DNA of 64,000 bases from Patescibacteria group bacterium. Lineage in GTDB: Bacteria; Patescibacteriota; WWE3; UBA101185; UBA10185. Below, piece after piece: positions 19,425-30,163 of this stretch. Location of the stretch: assembly GCA_042571445.1 (NCBI GenBank), contig JBHPFT010000001.1, positions 29,232 to 93,231 of the forward strand. Direction: 5' to 3'. The notes below the pieces were generated by a model. It saw only the letters and a list, made by a program, of their open reading frames with translations, was not told where the DNA came from and did no database searches. A program made the translations under genes and the position numbers. Every line of letters starts with the position of its first letter. Position 1 is the stretch's first letter.

Positions 19425-22400
19425 AAGATATAAATAAACTAAAAGATTTTGATGCTTTAAGAATATATCTTGCTTCAAGCGAGGAGATTCTTGGTTGGTC
19501 TTATGGTGAGGTTACAAAGCCAGAAACAATAAACTATAGAACATATAAGTCAGAAAGAGACGGCCTTTTCGATGAGAGAATATTTGGGCCATCAAAAAAT
19601 TACGAGTGTTATTGTGGAAAATATAAAGGTATTAGATATAAAGGCGTAGTTTGTGATAAGTGTGGCGTTGAGGTCACTCACAGTAGAGTAAGAAGAGAAA
19701 GAATGGGGCACATCACATTAGCATGTCCTGTTGCCCATGTATGGTTTTTTAAAGGCATTCCATCAAAAATGGCACTTCTTTTAAGTATCACTCCTAGAAA
19801 TGTTGAATCAGTTGTATACTTTGCTTCATTTATTGTTACAGAGGTAAATCCAGAGAAGAAAGCCAAAGCAATAAGTCAGGTTGCAAAAGACTCAGAAGCA
19901 GCAAGAAACGTTGTACAGAAAGAACTTGATGGTGAAACAGAGAAGCTTCAAAAAGAGCTAGAGAAGGTTTTAAAGCAAAAAGATGAGCTAAAAGCAAAAG
20001 AAGAGAGCCTAAAGATGAAACAAAAAATTCAGGCTCTAAAGAGTGCATATGATAAGAAATTTGAAGAGCAGGAAAAGAGATTTAAACTTATTCAAAAGAA
20101 AATAGAGAGTGTTGGGATGTACGCTATAATCTCAGAGAACGAATATATTTCCCTATATAGTTACTTAAATAAGTTCTGCAAACTAGAAATTGGTGCTAGT
20201 GCTCTTCAGGGAATTCTTGAGAGCATGGATTTAAACGCCATCTCAGAGCAGTTAAGGGAAGACCTTCATAAGGCGAAAGGCCAAAAAGCTCAAAAGATAA
20301 CAAAGAGACTTGGAGTTATTGAGAAATTTAGAAAAGCAAACATTTCTCCCGACAGAATGATCATGGAAGTTATTCCAGTAATTCCTCCTGATTTAAGACC
20401 AATGGTTCAGCTAGATGGTGGCAGGTTTGCAACATCTGATCTTAATGATTTATATAGAAGACTTATTAATAGAAATAATAGACTTAAGAGACTTTTAGAT
20501 CTTGGTGCACCAGAGATTATTGTTAGAAATGAAAAAAGAATGTTGCAGGAATCAGTTGATGCTTTGTTTGACGATTCAAAGAGAAGAAAGAAGTCAAGGC
20601 CATCAAGAAGAAAGCAACTAAGATCTCTTGCTAGCATGATAAAAGGAAAGCAAGGTATTTTCAGACTTAACTTACTTGGTAAGAGGGTTGACTATTCAGG
20701 AAGGGCTGTAATTATTGGAGGACCTAAACTGAAACTTGATGAATGTGGTATTCCAAAAGATATGGCACTTGAGTTATTTAAGCCTATGGTTTTGAGAGAA
20801 ATTTTGGCAAGAGGGTATGCCCCCAATGTTAAGAGTGCTAAATACTACTTAGAAGGAAAATCTCCTGAAGTTTGGGATATCTTAGAGGAGGTTGTTGAAG
20901 GGCACCCAGTTCTTTTGAATAGAGCCCCAACACTTTGGAGGCTTGGTATTCAGGCTTTTTATCCAAAACTTATCGAAGGTAACGCTATTAGGCTCCATCT
21001 ATGTGTATGTGCTGGATTTAATGCTGACTTTGATGGTGACCAAATGGCAGTACACATTCCTTTGTCTGAGGAGGCAAAAAAAGAGGCAAAAGAGCTTATG
21101 ATATCAACAAATAACCTACTTAGACCATCAGACGGTTCGCCAATCTCTGTACCGTCAAAGATAATGCTATTTGGTGTTTACTACTTAACTTCCATTGATG
21201 ATACCCTTCCTCTCTTTGAGAGACCTTTCGCGTCTGAGGATGAACTAATGTATGCCTGCGATATTACAAGAGAGGTTGGACTTAGGCAGAAGGCTAGGTT
21301 ACTAATGGACGGTGAACTAGTGGAAATAACTCCTGGAAGAATAATTTTCAATAGAATTGTGCCAGAAGGCTTTGGTTTTATAAACGAAACTATGGACAAA
21401 ACACGTGCTACCGATCTTCTTACAAGAGCACTAAGTAGTAATAACAAGGAAATAATCATTAAACTTATAGATGACGTTAAGAACATGGGACTTAAGTACG
21501 GAACTGATTGTGGTCAATCAGTCTCACTCTCTGACATTGATATTCCAGAGAGTAGAGTAAAGATTATTGATGCTGGTAAACAACAAGTTGCTGAATTCGA
21601 TAGTTACTTTAAGAGGGGTTTAATCACTATAGAGGAGGCAAGAACTAAAAAGAAAGATGTTTGGACTAATGTTAGATCCGAGTTGGACGATGCAGTGTGG
21701 GAAACTATGGATAAGCACAATCCTATAAAATCCCTTGTTATATCAGGTACAACTAAGACCTCAAGAGATCAGATTAACCAGCTAGCAGGTATGAAGGGTC
21801 TTGTTATGGATCCTACAGGAAAGGTTGTCGAAACTCCTATCCTTGGAAACTTTAAGGAAGGGCTTTCCGCATTTGAGTATTTTATTGGCTCTCGAGGTGC
21901 TAGAAAAGGACTTGTTGACAGAGGTCTTAAAACTGCTGATGCAGGTTATCTAACTAGGAGACTTGTTGACGTATGCCAGGATATGATTGTCAGACAAGCT
22001 GATTGTGGCACCGAAGAAGGACGTGAAATGGAAGTTGGGAAAGGAACTCTTCTTCAAACCTTCACAGAAAGAGTAATTGGTAGGGCGCTGGCTCAAAGCG
22101 TTAAAAAAGGCTCTAAAACTATCGTTAAAAAGGGCACACTCTTAACAGTAAAGGACATATTAGAGATAGAGAAATCTGGAGCAAAATCTATCTTTATTAG
22201 ATCCCCAATGCATTGTGAGACAAGAAGAGGTATTTGTTCTATATGTTATGGTACTGATTTAATGACAGGTAAACTTGTTGAAGTTGGAAGTGCAGTTGGA
22301 GTAGCAGCAGCTCAGTCAATTGGAGAGCCTGGTGCACAGCTTACAATGAAGACATTCCACACAGGGGGTATTGCAGGCAAGGATATTACTCAAGGTCTTC

Positions 22401-23095
22401 CAAGGGTTGAGGAGCTAGTTGAGGCGAGAGCACCTAAGCTTTTATCTGTTATGGCTGAGATCACTGGTATAGCAAAGGTAGAAAAGAATGGTGATGAGAG
22501 AAAAATATTAATAATTCCTTCAGATTCTGGTGAGGAAAAAGTTGAATATCTTGTGGATCCTGTTGAAGAAATAATTATTAAAGATGGAGAACTCGTTGTT
22601 AAGGGTCAGAAACTAACAAGTGGAAACCTAAACCTTGCAGATTTGTATAGGACTGTTGGTGTTGATGAGACTAAGAAATATGTTATTGAAGAGATTCAGA
22701 ATGTTTATGCATCTCAAGGTGTTGCTTTAAATGATAAACACCTAGAAGTTGTTGTGAGCCAGATGTTTAACCATGTTAAGATAGAGGATCCCGGTGACAC
22801 AGAGTTTATGACAGGGGAACTTTCTACAAGAGCAAGCTTTGACGAAGAAGCAGAAAGAGTGTTGGCTAGCGGTGGGGCACCTGCGACAGGTAAGCTTGTG
22901 ATGCTGGGTATTACTAAAGCTGCATTAAAGACAGATAGTTGGTTATCAGCGGCCTCATTTATTCATACAAGTAACGTACTTACTGATGCTGCTTGTTCTG
23001 GAAGAGTAGATAATCTCGCAGGACTGAAAGAAAACGTAATTATTGGTAGACTAATCCCAACAGGAGAAAGAGCTATACCTGATTCTGAGGAATAA
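19421..23095 (+). CDS. rpoC: DNA-directed RNA polymerase subunit beta'
   Basis: 1224 aa with the NADFDGDQM catalytic motif and an N-terminal zinc-binding Cys cluster. ATGA overlap with rpoB. Confidence 0.97.
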   Translation: MKDINKLKDFDALRIYLASSEEILGWSYGEVTKPETINYRTYKSERDGLFDERIFGPSKNYECYCGKYKGIRYKGVVCDKCGVEVTHSRVRRERMGHITLACPVAHVWFFKGIPSKMALLLSITPRNVESVVYFASFIVTEVNPEKKAKAISQVAKDSEAARNVVQKELDGETEKLQKELEKVLKQKDELKAKEESLKMKQKIQALKSAYDKKFEEQEKRFKLIQKKIESVGMYAIISENEYISLYSYLNKFCKLEIGASALQGILESMDLNAISEQLREDLHKAKGQKAQKITKRLGVIEKFRKANISPDRMIMEVIPVIPPDLRPMVQLDGGRFATSDLNDLYRRLINRNNRLKRLLDLGAPEIIVRNEKRMLQESVDALFDDSKRRKKSRPSRRKQLRSLASMIKGKQGIFRLNLLGKRVDYSGRAVIIGGPKLKLDECGIPKDMALELFKPMVLREILARGYAPNVKSAKYYLEGKSPEVWDILEEVVEGHPVLLNRAPTLWRLGIQAFYPKLIEGNAIRLHLCVCAGFNADFDGDQMAVHIPLSEEAKKEAKELMISTNNLLRPSDGSPISVPSKIMLFGVYYLTSIDDTLPLFERPFASEDELMYACDITREVGLRQKARLLMDGELVEITPGRIIFNRIVPEGFGFINETMDKTRATDLLTRALSSNNKEIIIKLIDDVKNMGLKYGTDCGQSVSLSDIDIPESRVKIIDAGKQQVAEFDSYFKRGLITIEEARTKKKDVWTNVRSELDDAVWETMDKHNPIKSLVISGTTKTSRDQINQLAGMKGLVMDPTGKVVETPILGNFKEGLSAFEYFIGSRGARKGLVDRGLKTADAGYLTRRLVDVCQDMIVRQADCGTEEGREMEVGKGTLLQTFTERVIGRALAQSVKKGSKTIVKKGTLLTVKDILEIEKSGAKSIFIRSPMHCETRRGICSICYGTDLMTGKLVEVGSAVGVAAAQSIGEPGAQLTMKTFHTGGIAGKDITQGLPRVEELVEARAPKLLSVMAEITGIAKVEKNGDERKILIIPSDSGEEKVEYLVDPVEEIIIKDGELVVKGQKLTSGNLNLADLYRTVGVDETKKYVIEEIQNVYASQGVALNDKHLEVVVSQMFNHVKIEDPGDTEFMTGELSTRASFDEEAERVLASGGAPATGKLVMLGITKAALKTDSWLSAASFIHTSNVLTDAACSGRVDNLAGLKENVIIGRLIPTGERAIPDSEE

Positions 23096-23098
23096 TAT

Positions 23099-23512
23099 AT
23101 GCCTACAACAAATCAATTAATAAAGAAAAAAAGAAGAAAAAAGGTAAAAAAAGCCTCTACACCGGCTTTGAAAGAGCATTTTAATACAAAATTTAGAAAA
23201 GTTGTTAGATTTCCTTCTCCTTTAAAGAGAGGTGTTATTCTTCAGGTTAGAACACTAACCCCTAAAAAACCTAACTCAGCACTAAGAAAAGCCGCAAGGG
23301 TGAGGCTTTCAAATGGTAGAGAAGTTACAGCATACATTCCTGGTGAGGGACACAATCTTCAAGAACACTCTGTTGTCTTAGTAAAAGGCGGTAAAGTTCA
23401 AGATCTTCCTGGTATTAAATATGAAATTGTTAGAGGGACGCTTGATCTTTCTGGAGTATTAGACAGAAAGAGTAGCAGATCAATTTATGGAACAAGAAAG
23501 CCAAAGGAGTAA
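23099..23512 (+). CDS. rpsL: 30S ribosomal protein S12 (Lys-rich N-terminal insertion)
   Basis: [10 protein letters not shown]..., then PALK, ...KKPNSALRK... and [14 protein letters not shown]. Confidence 0.95.
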   Translation: MPTTNQLIKKKRRKKVKKASTPALKEHFNTKFRKVVRFPSPLKRGVILQVRTLTPKKPNSALRKAARVRLSNGREVTAYIPGEGHNLQEHSVVLVKGGKVQDLPGIKYEIVRGTLDLSGVLDRKSSRSIYGTRKPKE

Positions 23513-23515
23513 CAA

Positions 23516-23983
23516 ATGAGGGGAAGACGGGCAAAGAAGAGACAAATAATTCCTGATTCTGTTCACAAGTCCAGAGTTGTAACTAGAATGATTAATGTTG
23601 TTATGGAGAAAGGTAAGAAGTCTATTGCACAAAATATTGTTTATGGTGCTATTGAAAAGCTTTCTGAGGATCCAAAGGAAGCTCTAAAGATATTTGAAGA
23701 AGCTATTAAAAAGGTTATGCCCCAACAGGAAGTTAGGTCTAGAAGAGTTGGTGGAGCAACATATCAGGTACCTATGCCCTTAAAACATGATAGATCTGAG
23801 GCTTTAGCAATTAGATGGATTATAAATGCTGCAAGATCAAAGTCCGGAAAACCTATGGCAGACAAGCTTTTCGAGGAATTGAAGAACGCCCATGAGGGTA
23901 TTGGTGACTCAATTAAGAAGAAAGAGGACACTCATAAAATGGCTGAGGCCAACAGAGCTTTTGCCCATTTTGCTAGATATTAA
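23516..23983 (+). CDS. rpsG: 30S ribosomal protein S7
   Basis: MRGRRAKKRQIIPDS... is typical of S7. Confidence 0.95.
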   Translation: MRGRRAKKRQIIPDSVHKSRVVTRMINVVMEKGKKSIAQNIVYGAIEKLSEDPKEALKIFEEAIKKVMPQQEVRSRRVGGATYQVPMPLKHDRSEALAIRWIINAARSKSGKPMADKLFEELKNAHEGIGDSIKKKEDTHKMAEANRAFAHFARY

Positions 23984-24019
23984 AGTAATTTCCATGTATA
24001 TTTTTAAAGACTAATAAGT

Positions 24020-26107
24020 ATGGCAGAAGAAATTAAAACAAAAAAATATCCCCTAGAAAAAATCCGAAATATCGGGATTATTGCCCATATAGATGCAGGT
24101 AAAACCACTACTACTGAAAGAATCCTTTACTATACTGGTAAAACTTACAAGATTGGAGATATTGATGAGGGCACCACAGTAACAGATTGGATGGATCAGG
24201 AAAGAGAACGAGGTATAACAATTCAATCTGCTGCAATCACAACTTTTTGGAAAGATCACAGAATAAATATTATTGATACCCCAGGACATGTTGACTTCAC
24301 TGCAGAAGTTGAAAGATCTTTACGAGTGCTTGATGGTGGGGTAATCCTTTTAGATGGTTCACAAGGGGTTGAACCTCAATCAGAGACTGTTTATAGACAA
24401 GCCCAAAAGTATGATGTTCCCCTTCTTTTCTTCATAAATAAGCTAGATAAGGTTGGTGGAGATTTTTATATGTCAGTAGCATCAATTTCTGAAAAGCTTA
24501 CCGAAAAAGCTCTTCCTATTCAGGTCCCTATCGGTAGAGAGGGAGATTTCACTGGAATGGTGGATCTAATCAAGATGAAGGCCTATAAGTTTGAAGGAAA
24601 ACTTGGTGAAGAGGTTATCGAATATGAAATTCCAGAAGAGTTGATGGATAAAGTTAAGGAGTACAGAAAAGCAATGATGGAAAGAGTTGCAGAAGCTGAT
24701 GATAAGTTGATTGAGAAGTATTTAGGTGGACAGGACCTAACTGAGGAGGAGATAAAATCAGGATTAAGAAAGCTAACTATAGAAGCTAAAGTTTATCCTA
24801 CCTTTTGTGGCTCTTCACTTCATAACAAAGGAGCTCAGAAACTGTTAGATGGCGTCATTGATTACTTACCCTCCCCAAAGGATAAACCACCTGTTATGGG
24901 TATAGAAGAGAAGTCTGAGAAGCAATTTGAACTTCCTGCAGATGAGGAAGGTCCTTTTGCTGGTCTCGCTTTTAAAGTTCAGACCGACCCTTATGTTGGA
25001 AGACTTACATATTTTAGAGTCTACTCTGGAAAAGCCACAGCAGGCTCATATATTTACAATGCTACAACTGGAGAAAAAGAAAGACTCGGAAGAATAATTT
25101 TAATGCATGCCAATAAAAGAGAAGAGATAAAAGAGGTTACAGCAGGTGAAATTGCTGCAGCTGTAGGAATAAAAGCTACAACTGGAGATACACTTTGTAG
25201 TGAAGATAAACCTATTCTTTTGGATAAAATTAGTTTTGCTAAGCCTGTTATTGGTGTAGCTATAGAGCCGAAAACTAAATCTGACAAAGATAAAATGGGT
25301 GAGGTTATTAAGAAGTTTTTAGAGGAAGATCCCACGCTTGAGGTGAAAACTAACAACGAAACAGGTCAAACGCTTTTGTATGGTATGGGAGAGCTTCATC
25401 TTGAGATTATTGTTGATCGAATGAGACGAGAGTTTAAGTTGGAGGTAAATACAGGTAAGCCTCAGGTTGCATACAGAGAGACAGTTAGAAATGCTGTAGA
25501 TAAGGAAGGAAAGTATATTAGACAAACTGGTGGTAGGGGTCAGTATGGCCATGTTGTTATTAAGGTGGAGCCTTTAGAACGAGGAGAAGGTTTTGAGTTT
25601 GTAGACAAGGTTGTTGGAGGAAATATTCCAAAAGAGTATATTCCAGCTGTAGAAAAAGGTATAAAGGAAGCTGCTGAAAATGGCACTATAGCAGGATATC
25701 CTTTAGTTGATTTCAGAGTAACTTTGTATGATGGATCTTTCCACGAAGTTGACTCTTCTGAGATGGCCTTCAAGATGGCAGCTATTTCTGCTTTAAGAAT
25801 GGCCCAAAGAGCTGCTGATTCCTTCATTTTGGAACCAATAATGAAAGCAGAGGTAGTAGTTCCTGAGGAATACATGGGAGATGTTATTGGTAATCTTTCC
25901 TCAAAAAGAGGTAAGATTGAAGGAACTGAGTCTAGAGGAAAAGCTGTTATTATCTCAGCTAAGGTTCCTCTTGCAGAAATGTTTGGGTATGCAACTGAGC
26001 TTAGGGGGATGACTCAAGGAAGAGGATCCTCTACAATGGAACCCAGTCACTATCAAGAAGTTCCTGCAAATATTGCAGAACAGATTGTTAGTGGAGCTCA
26101 GAGTTAA
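24020..26107 (+). CDS. fusA: elongation factor G
   Basis: 695 aa with a GTPase G domain (AHIDAGKTT, DTPGHVDF, NKLD) and EF-G domains II-V. Confidence 0.97.
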   Translation: MAEEIKTKKYPLEKIRNIGIIAHIDAGKTTTTERILYYTGKTYKIGDIDEGTTVTDWMDQERERGITIQSAAITTFWKDHRINIIDTPGHVDFTAEVERSLRVLDGGVILLDGSQGVEPQSETVYRQAQKYDVPLLFFINKLDKVGGDFYMSVASISEKLTEKALPIQVPIGREGDFTGMVDLIKMKAYKFEGKLGEEVIEYEIPEELMDKVKEYRKAMMERVAEADDKLIEKYLGGQDLTEEEIKSGLRKLTIEAKVYPTFCGSSLHNKGAQKLLDGVIDYLPSPKDKPPVMGIEEKSEKQFELPADEEGPFAGLAFKVQTDPYVGRLTYFRVYSGKATAGSYIYNATTGEKERLGRIILMHANKREEIKEVTAGEIAAAVGIKATTGDTLCSEDKPILLDKISFAKPVIGVAIEPKTKSDKDKMGEVIKKFLEEDPTLEVKTNNETGQTLLYGMGELHLEIIVDRMRREFKLEVNTGKPQVAYRETVRNAVDKEGKYIRQTGGRGQYGHVVIKVEPLERGEGFEFVDKVVGGNIPKEYIPAVEKGIKEAAENGTIAGYPLVDFRVTLYDGSFHEVDSSEMAFKMAAISALRMAQRAADSFILEPIMKAEVVVPEEYMGDVIGNLSSKRGKIEGTESRGKAVIISAKVPLAEMFGYATELRGMTQGRGSSTMEPSHYQEVPANIAEQIVSGAQS

Positions 26108-26194
26108 GTGTAGTTAAAGGAAAAAGTCTTGATTTTTAAGTCTTTATTTGATTAACTATCACTTGCTTAAGTACTTATTTTTGGCCTAATAGCA

Positions 26195-26234
26195 CCGTTC
26201 CGAACGTCAGCGAGCGTTCTTTAACAAAAGAACC
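26195..26234 (+). promoter_or_regulatory. overlapping alternative hairpins in the tuf 5' leader
   Basis: CGTTC-C-GAACG-TCAGCGAG-CGTTCTTT-AACAA-AAGAACC has four segments able to pair 1:2, 2:3 or 3:4. A TTGCTT-17-CTAATA promoter-like pair lies about 10-30 nt upstream. Confidence 0.3.
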
Positions 26235-26298
26235 TTCGCAAAACGTGCAGAATGGCTGTTAAAAGGAAAACAGTTTATTTACTGAAAGGAAATTAAAA

Positions 26299-27477
26299 AT
26301 GGCAGATTTTGTTAGAAGTAAAGAACACGTAAATATCGGTACTATTGGTCATGTTGACCATGGTAAAACAACCTTAACATCAGCAATAACTAAGGTGCTT
26401 GCTGACAAAGGGATGGCCGAGTTTTTAGCTTTTGAGAATATTGATAAAGCCCCTGAGGAAAAAGAAAGAGGAATTACAATCAATATTACTCACGTTGAGT
26501 ATGAAACAGAAAAGAGACATTATGCTCACATTGATGCACCAGGTCACAGAGACTACATCAAGAACATGATCACAGGTGCAGCTCAAATGGATGGAGCAAT
26601 CTTAGTTGTTTCTGCTCCAGATGGTCCTATGCCTCAAACAAGAGAGCATATATTACTTGCAAAGCAGGTAAACGTACCATCAATGGTAGTTTTTCTTAAC
26701 AAGACAGACATGGTCGATGACGCAGAATTATTGGATCTTGTCGAACTTGAGATTAGAGAATTACTAACCAAGTATGGATTTGATGGAGATAACATCCCGA
26801 TCATTAAAGGTTCAGCACTTAAGGCCTTAGAAGGTGATGCTGAAGCTGTAAAAAGCATCGAAGAGCTAATGGCTGCAGTTGATGAGCACATTCCAACTCC
26901 CGAAAGAGAGCTTGATAAGCCTTTCTTAATGTCTGTTGAGGACGTATTCACAATTTCTGGTAGAGGTACAGTTGTTACCGGAAGAGTGGAAAGAGGGAAG
27001 ATAGCCTTAAATGATGCAATTGAGATAGTTGGAATTAGAGATACTCAAAAATCAATTGTTACTGGTGTTGAGATGTTCAGAAAGTCAATGAAGGAAGCTC
27101 AAGCTGGTGATAACGTTGGAATTCTCTTGAGAGGAATTGAAAGAACTGATGTTGAAAGAGGTCAGGTACTAGCTGCACCAGGATCAGTTCAACCTCATAC
27201 AGAGTTTGAGGCTGAAGTTGTTGTTTTGTCAAAAGAAGAGGGTGGAAGACATAAGCCATTCTTCACAGGTTACAGACCACAATTTTATGTTAGAACCACA
27301 GACGTTACTGGAGAGGTAACTCTTCCAGATGGTGTTGAGATGGTTATGCCTGGTGACAACGTTAAAATGACTGTTAAGCTTATTACGCCAGTTGCTATCG
27401 AAGATGGCATGAGATTTGCTATCAGAGAAGGTGGTAACACTGTTGGTGCTGGAGTTGTAAGTAAGGTTATTAAATAA
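26299..27477 (+). CDS. tuf: elongation factor Tu
   Basis: 392 aa with [18 protein letters not shown] and NKTD. Confidence 0.97.
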   Translation: MADFVRSKEHVNIGTIGHVDHGKTTLTSAITKVLADKGMAEFLAFENIDKAPEEKERGITINITHVEYETEKRHYAHIDAPGHRDYIKNMITGAAQMDGAILVVSAPDGPMPQTREHILLAKQVNVPSMVVFLNKTDMVDDAELLDLVELEIRELLTKYGFDGDNIPIIKGSALKALEGDAEAVKSIEELMAAVDEHIPTPERELDKPFLMSVEDVFTISGRGTVVTGRVERGKIALNDAIEIVGIRDTQKSIVTGVEMFRKSMKEAQAGDNVGILLRGIERTDVERGQVLAAPGSVQPHTEFEAEVVVLSKEEGGRHKPFFTGYRPQFYVRTTDVTGEVTLPDGVEMVMPGDNVKMTVKLITPVAIEDGMRFAIREGGNTVGAGVVSKVIK

Positions 27478-27494
27478 CAGATGGAAAAACTGAG

Positions 27495-27519
27495 AAAACC
27501 CCGCTAGTCGGGGTTTTTT
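27495..27519 (+). terminator. rho-independent terminator after tuf
   Basis: AAAACCCCG-CTAGT-CGGGGTTTTTT. A GC stem with a 5-nt loop and a U-tract. rpsJ starts about 10 nt downstream. Confidence 0.7.
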
Positions 27520-27529
27520 CATTAAGATC

Positions 27530-27850
27530 ATGGCAAAAGGAAGTAAAGACAGCAAGATAAGAATAAAACTTAAATCCTATGATAGTAGGATAGTTGATCT
27601 TAGTTGTTCAAAAATTGTTGATACAGCAGTAAGAACAGGGGCAACGATAGTAGGGCCAGTACCACTACCTACAAGAATAGAAAGATTCACAGTGATTAGA
27701 GGCCCACACATTGACAATAGATCAAGAGAGCAGTTTGAGTTAAGAACCCATAAAAGGGTTATAGACGTGTTGAATCCAACATCCTCAACTATTGAAACGT
27801 TGAGTAAGCTGAGCCTGCCTGCAGGTGTTGGAATTTCAATAAAAATGTAG
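27530..27850 (+). CDS. rpsJ: 30S ribosomal protein S10
   Basis: ...IRIKLKSYD...[14 protein letters not shown]... Confidence 0.95.
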   Translation: MAKGSKDSKIRIKLKSYDSRIVDLSCSKIVDTAVRTGATIVGPVPLPTRIERFTVIRGPHIDNRSREQFELRTHKRVIDVLNPTSSTIETLSKLSLPAGVGISIKM

Positions 27851-27932
27851 TATTCTACAAGGGTTTTGATAAATTTAATGATAAATTTAGTTACATAACT
27901 AATAATTTATAAACAAGGGGTTATTCGAGGCA

Positions 27933-27952
27933 GGGCGCCCTTGGGCGCTAAT
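27933..27952 (+). terminator. GC-rich hairpin plus T-tract between rpsJ and rplC (attenuator/terminator-like)
   Basis: GCGCCC-TT-GGGCGC is a perfect 6-bp GC stem followed by TAATTTTTATTT. Coordinates are accurate to about +/-2 nt. The 90-nt rpsJ-rplC spacer is atypically long. Confidence 0.4.
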
Positions 27953-27964
27953 TTTTATTTAAAA

Positions 27965-28414
27965 ATGGACAACAAGACAATAAAAGGAAAAAAACTGAAT
28001 ATGAGCCAAGTTTTTGGTGAAAACGGTAAAGTGATACCAGTCACTGTTATTGGTGTTGATGAGAAAGTTGATCCATCTTTAGAGGGAGTAGACGTTGTTG
28101 TGATAGGAAAATCAAAAGGTAAGGGGTTTACTGGTGTTATGAAAAGATGGGGATTTAAAGGTGGTCCTGCAACAAGAGGACAAGGAATTACTTCAAGAAC
28201 ACCAGGGTCAATTGGAAGCCAAACCCCTGGTAGAGTTTATAAAGGGAAGAAAATGGCTGGTAGAAAAGGAAACGTTAGGGTAACCATTAAGGGTTTAAAG
28301 ATTGTTAAAGTTGAAGATAATTCAGTTTATGTTTCTGGTCCCGTTCCAGGTGCTAGAAATTCAAAAATTACTCTAGAAGTATTAAGTGGTAAGGAAGAAA
28401 AAGATGAAAGTTAA
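27965..28414 (+). CDS. rplC: 50S ribosomal protein L3 (reduced, about 150 aa)
   Basis: The N-terminus [21 protein letters not shown] aligns to the L3 N-terminus, and the GKGFTG...GSIG...PG(R/K)V.KGKKMAG core is present. The central roughly 60 aa of E. coli-type L3 are missing. The ORF track extends to 27941 (TTG), which lies inside the hairpin. The ATG at 27965 is the more likely start. Confidence 0.85.
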   Translation: MDNKTIKGKKLNMSQVFGENGKVIPVTVIGVDEKVDPSLEGVDVVVIGKSKGKGFTGVMKRWGFKGGPATRGQGITSRTPGSIGSQTPGRVYKGKKMAGRKGNVRVTIKGLKIVKVEDNSVYVSGPVPGARNSKITLEVLSGKEEKDES

Positions 28415-29054
28415 AGTATTAGATACAAAGGGATCAACAATTGAAGAAATCACTTTGAGTGATGATGTATTTGGTATTAAGCCAAATGAAACACTACTTG
28501 CTCAGTATGTAAGGGTGTTTAGTGTAAACCAAAGGCAAGGAACATCTTCAACAAAAACTAGATCAGAAGTATCAGGTGGAGGTAAAAAGCCTTGGAGGCA
28601 AAAAGGAACAGGAAGAGCAAGACACGGATCAATTAGAAGCCCTATTTGGGTTGGTGGTGGAGTTGCTCATGGCCCAAAGCCATACAAACCAAATCTTAAA
28701 ATGCCAAAAAAGATGAGAGCCCTAGCCTTTAAGTCTGCTCTTTCGTCTAAGTTTAAAGATAAAGAAGTTACTATTTTAGATAAAGTTAAGTTTGATAAAC
28801 CAAGTACAAAAACTATGGCTAGTATATTAGAAAAACTTAAGATTAGTGGTAGTACTCTTCTAGTTTGGTTCAAAAAGGATGAAAATCTAGTTAAGAGCGC
28901 ATCTAATATTCCTGGTCTGAGAACCAGGAATTCTAGTAGTTTAAATACGTTTGATGTGCTTAGATCAAAAAATACTATCTTTTTAAAAGATGCAATTCTT
29001 GATGTCGAAAAAAAGTGCTTGGGTAAAAAGGAGACCAAAGATGAGGATAAGTAA
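28386..29054 (+). CDS. rplD: 50S ribosomal protein L4
   Basis: [23 protein letters not shown](I/Q)W.GGG.(A/V)(H/F)GP. An alternative ATG start at 28404. Confidence 0.95.
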   Translation: MVRKKKMKVKVLDTKGSTIEEITLSDDVFGIKPNETLLAQYVRVFSVNQRQGTSSTKTRSEVSGGGKKPWRQKGTGRARHGSIRSPIWVGGGVAHGPKPYKPNLKMPKKMRALAFKSALSSKFKDKEVTILDKVKFDKPSTKTMASILEKLKISGSTLLVWFKKDENLVKSASNIPGLRTRNSSSLNTFDVLRSKNTIFLKDAILDVEKKCLGKKETKDEDK

Positions 29055-29334
29055 AATAATAATAAAACCAATAGTTACAGAAAAAACTACTCTTTTAGCA
29101 GCTAGTGAGAACAGATATGTATTTGCAGTTGATGTTAAAGCCAGTAAGGAAGACATTAAAAAAGAGTTGAAGAAGCTCTTTAATGTTGATGTAGTTGATA
29201 TCAGAACAATGGTTATGCCCGGTAAGAAGAAAAGAATCATGAAAACAAGAAGTTTTACAAAAACAAGTAAGTGGAAAAAGGCCATAGTTAGGTTAAAAAA
29301 AGATCAGAAGATAGATCTTTTTCCAAAGGAATAA
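29041..29334 (+). CDS. rplW: 50S ribosomal protein L23
   Basis: [17 protein letters not shown]... The ORF-track start at 28990 is an upstream in-frame extension overlapping rplD. Confidence 0.9.
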   Translation: MRISKIIIKPIVTEKTTLLAASENRYVFAVDVKASKEDIKKELKKLFNVDVVDIRTMVMPGKKKRIMKTRSFTKTSKWKKAIVRLKKDQKIDLFPKE

Positions 29335-29337
29335 CAA

Positions 29338-30162
29338 ATGATTAAAACATATAAACCTACAAGTGAAGGATTAAGAAGAAGAAAGACCCTAGTTAAAGAG
29401 GTCTCTAGAGGTCGTCCCCTAAAAAAACTAACAAAGGGAATAGCTGGTCCTTCTGGAAGAGGTAATGGAAGGGTTTCTGTTAGACATAAGCAAAGAGGTG
29501 CAAAAAAACTTTATAGAACTATTGATTTCAAAAGAGATAAAAGAGATATTCCTGGAAAGGTAGTTGATATACAAGATGATCCAAACAGAGGTTGTAATAT
29601 TGCCTTAATAAATTATCCTGATGGAGAAAAGAGATACATTTTAGCACCTGAGGGGTTAAAAGCTGGGTCCTCCGTGGTTTCTGGTGAAAAAGCTTCTTTT
29701 GATGTTGGTAACGCTCTTCCTCTCTCTAGAATTCCTCTTAGCATGCCTGTCCATAATATTGAGACTAACCCTGGTGCAGGAGGAGCACTTGTTAGAGGTG
29801 CTGGAAATACTGCTCTTATAGTTGCAAAGGAAGGTAATTATGTTAATGTTAGGCTTCCAAGTGGCGAAGTTAAGAAGTTTCTTGGAAACTGCTACGCAAC
29901 TATTGGTTCTTTAAGTAATCCTGATAGAAGAAATGTTAGACTTGGAAAAGCTGGTAGAAAGAGGTATCTTGGGTCTCGACCATCAGTTAGAGGTGTTGCT
30001 ATGAATGATCCTAAAAAGGACCATCCTCATGCTGGAAAATATAAAACTAGTGGTATTGGAATGTCTTCACCAAAGACTCCATGGGGTAAAAAAGCTCGTG
30101 GTGTGAGAACAAGAAAGAGAAAAAGGACTAATCGTACTATAGTTAAGAGTAGGAGAAAATAA
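29338..30162 (+). CDS. rplB: 50S ribosomal protein L2
   Basis: 274 aa with the ...GRRNV... and HPHAGKYK... regions. Confidence 0.95.
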   Translation: MIKTYKPTSEGLRRRKTLVKEVSRGRPLKKLTKGIAGPSGRGNGRVSVRHKQRGAKKLYRTIDFKRDKRDIPGKVVDIQDDPNRGCNIALINYPDGEKRYILAPEGLKAGSSVVSGEKASFDVGNALPLSRIPLSMPVHNIETNPGAGGALVRGAGNTALIVAKEGNYVNVRLPSGEVKKFLGNCYATIGSLSNPDRRNVRLGKAGRKRYLGSRPSVRGVAMNDPKKDHPHAGKYKTSGIGMSSPKTPWGKKARGVRTRKRKRTNRTIVKSRRK

Positions 30163-30163
30163 T

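Noticed and set aside
16097-26000. Numerous 60-110-aa ORFs antisense to rpoB, rpoC, fusA and tuf (e.g. 18723..19034, 21181..21486, 25054..25356, 25540..25875, 26634..26951)
   Set aside because: All lie entirely inside strongly conserved genes on the opposite strand. They have biased, low-complexity composition and no independent signals. Treated as non-coding.
26108-26298. Possible tRNA gene(s) upstream of tuf, as in many bacteria
   Set aside because: No GTTCRANYC T-loop, no acceptor-stem complementarity and no cloverleaf could be found by eye. The CGTTCCGAACG palindrome is better explained as leader hairpins. I cannot run tRNAscan, so a highly divergent tRNA is not formally excluded.
27941-27964. 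ORF-track start of rplC at 27941 (TTG)
   Set aside because: This start falls inside the GC hairpin in the rpsJ-rplC spacer and adds 8 non-conserved residues. The ATG at 27965 aligns with the canonical L3 N-terminus.
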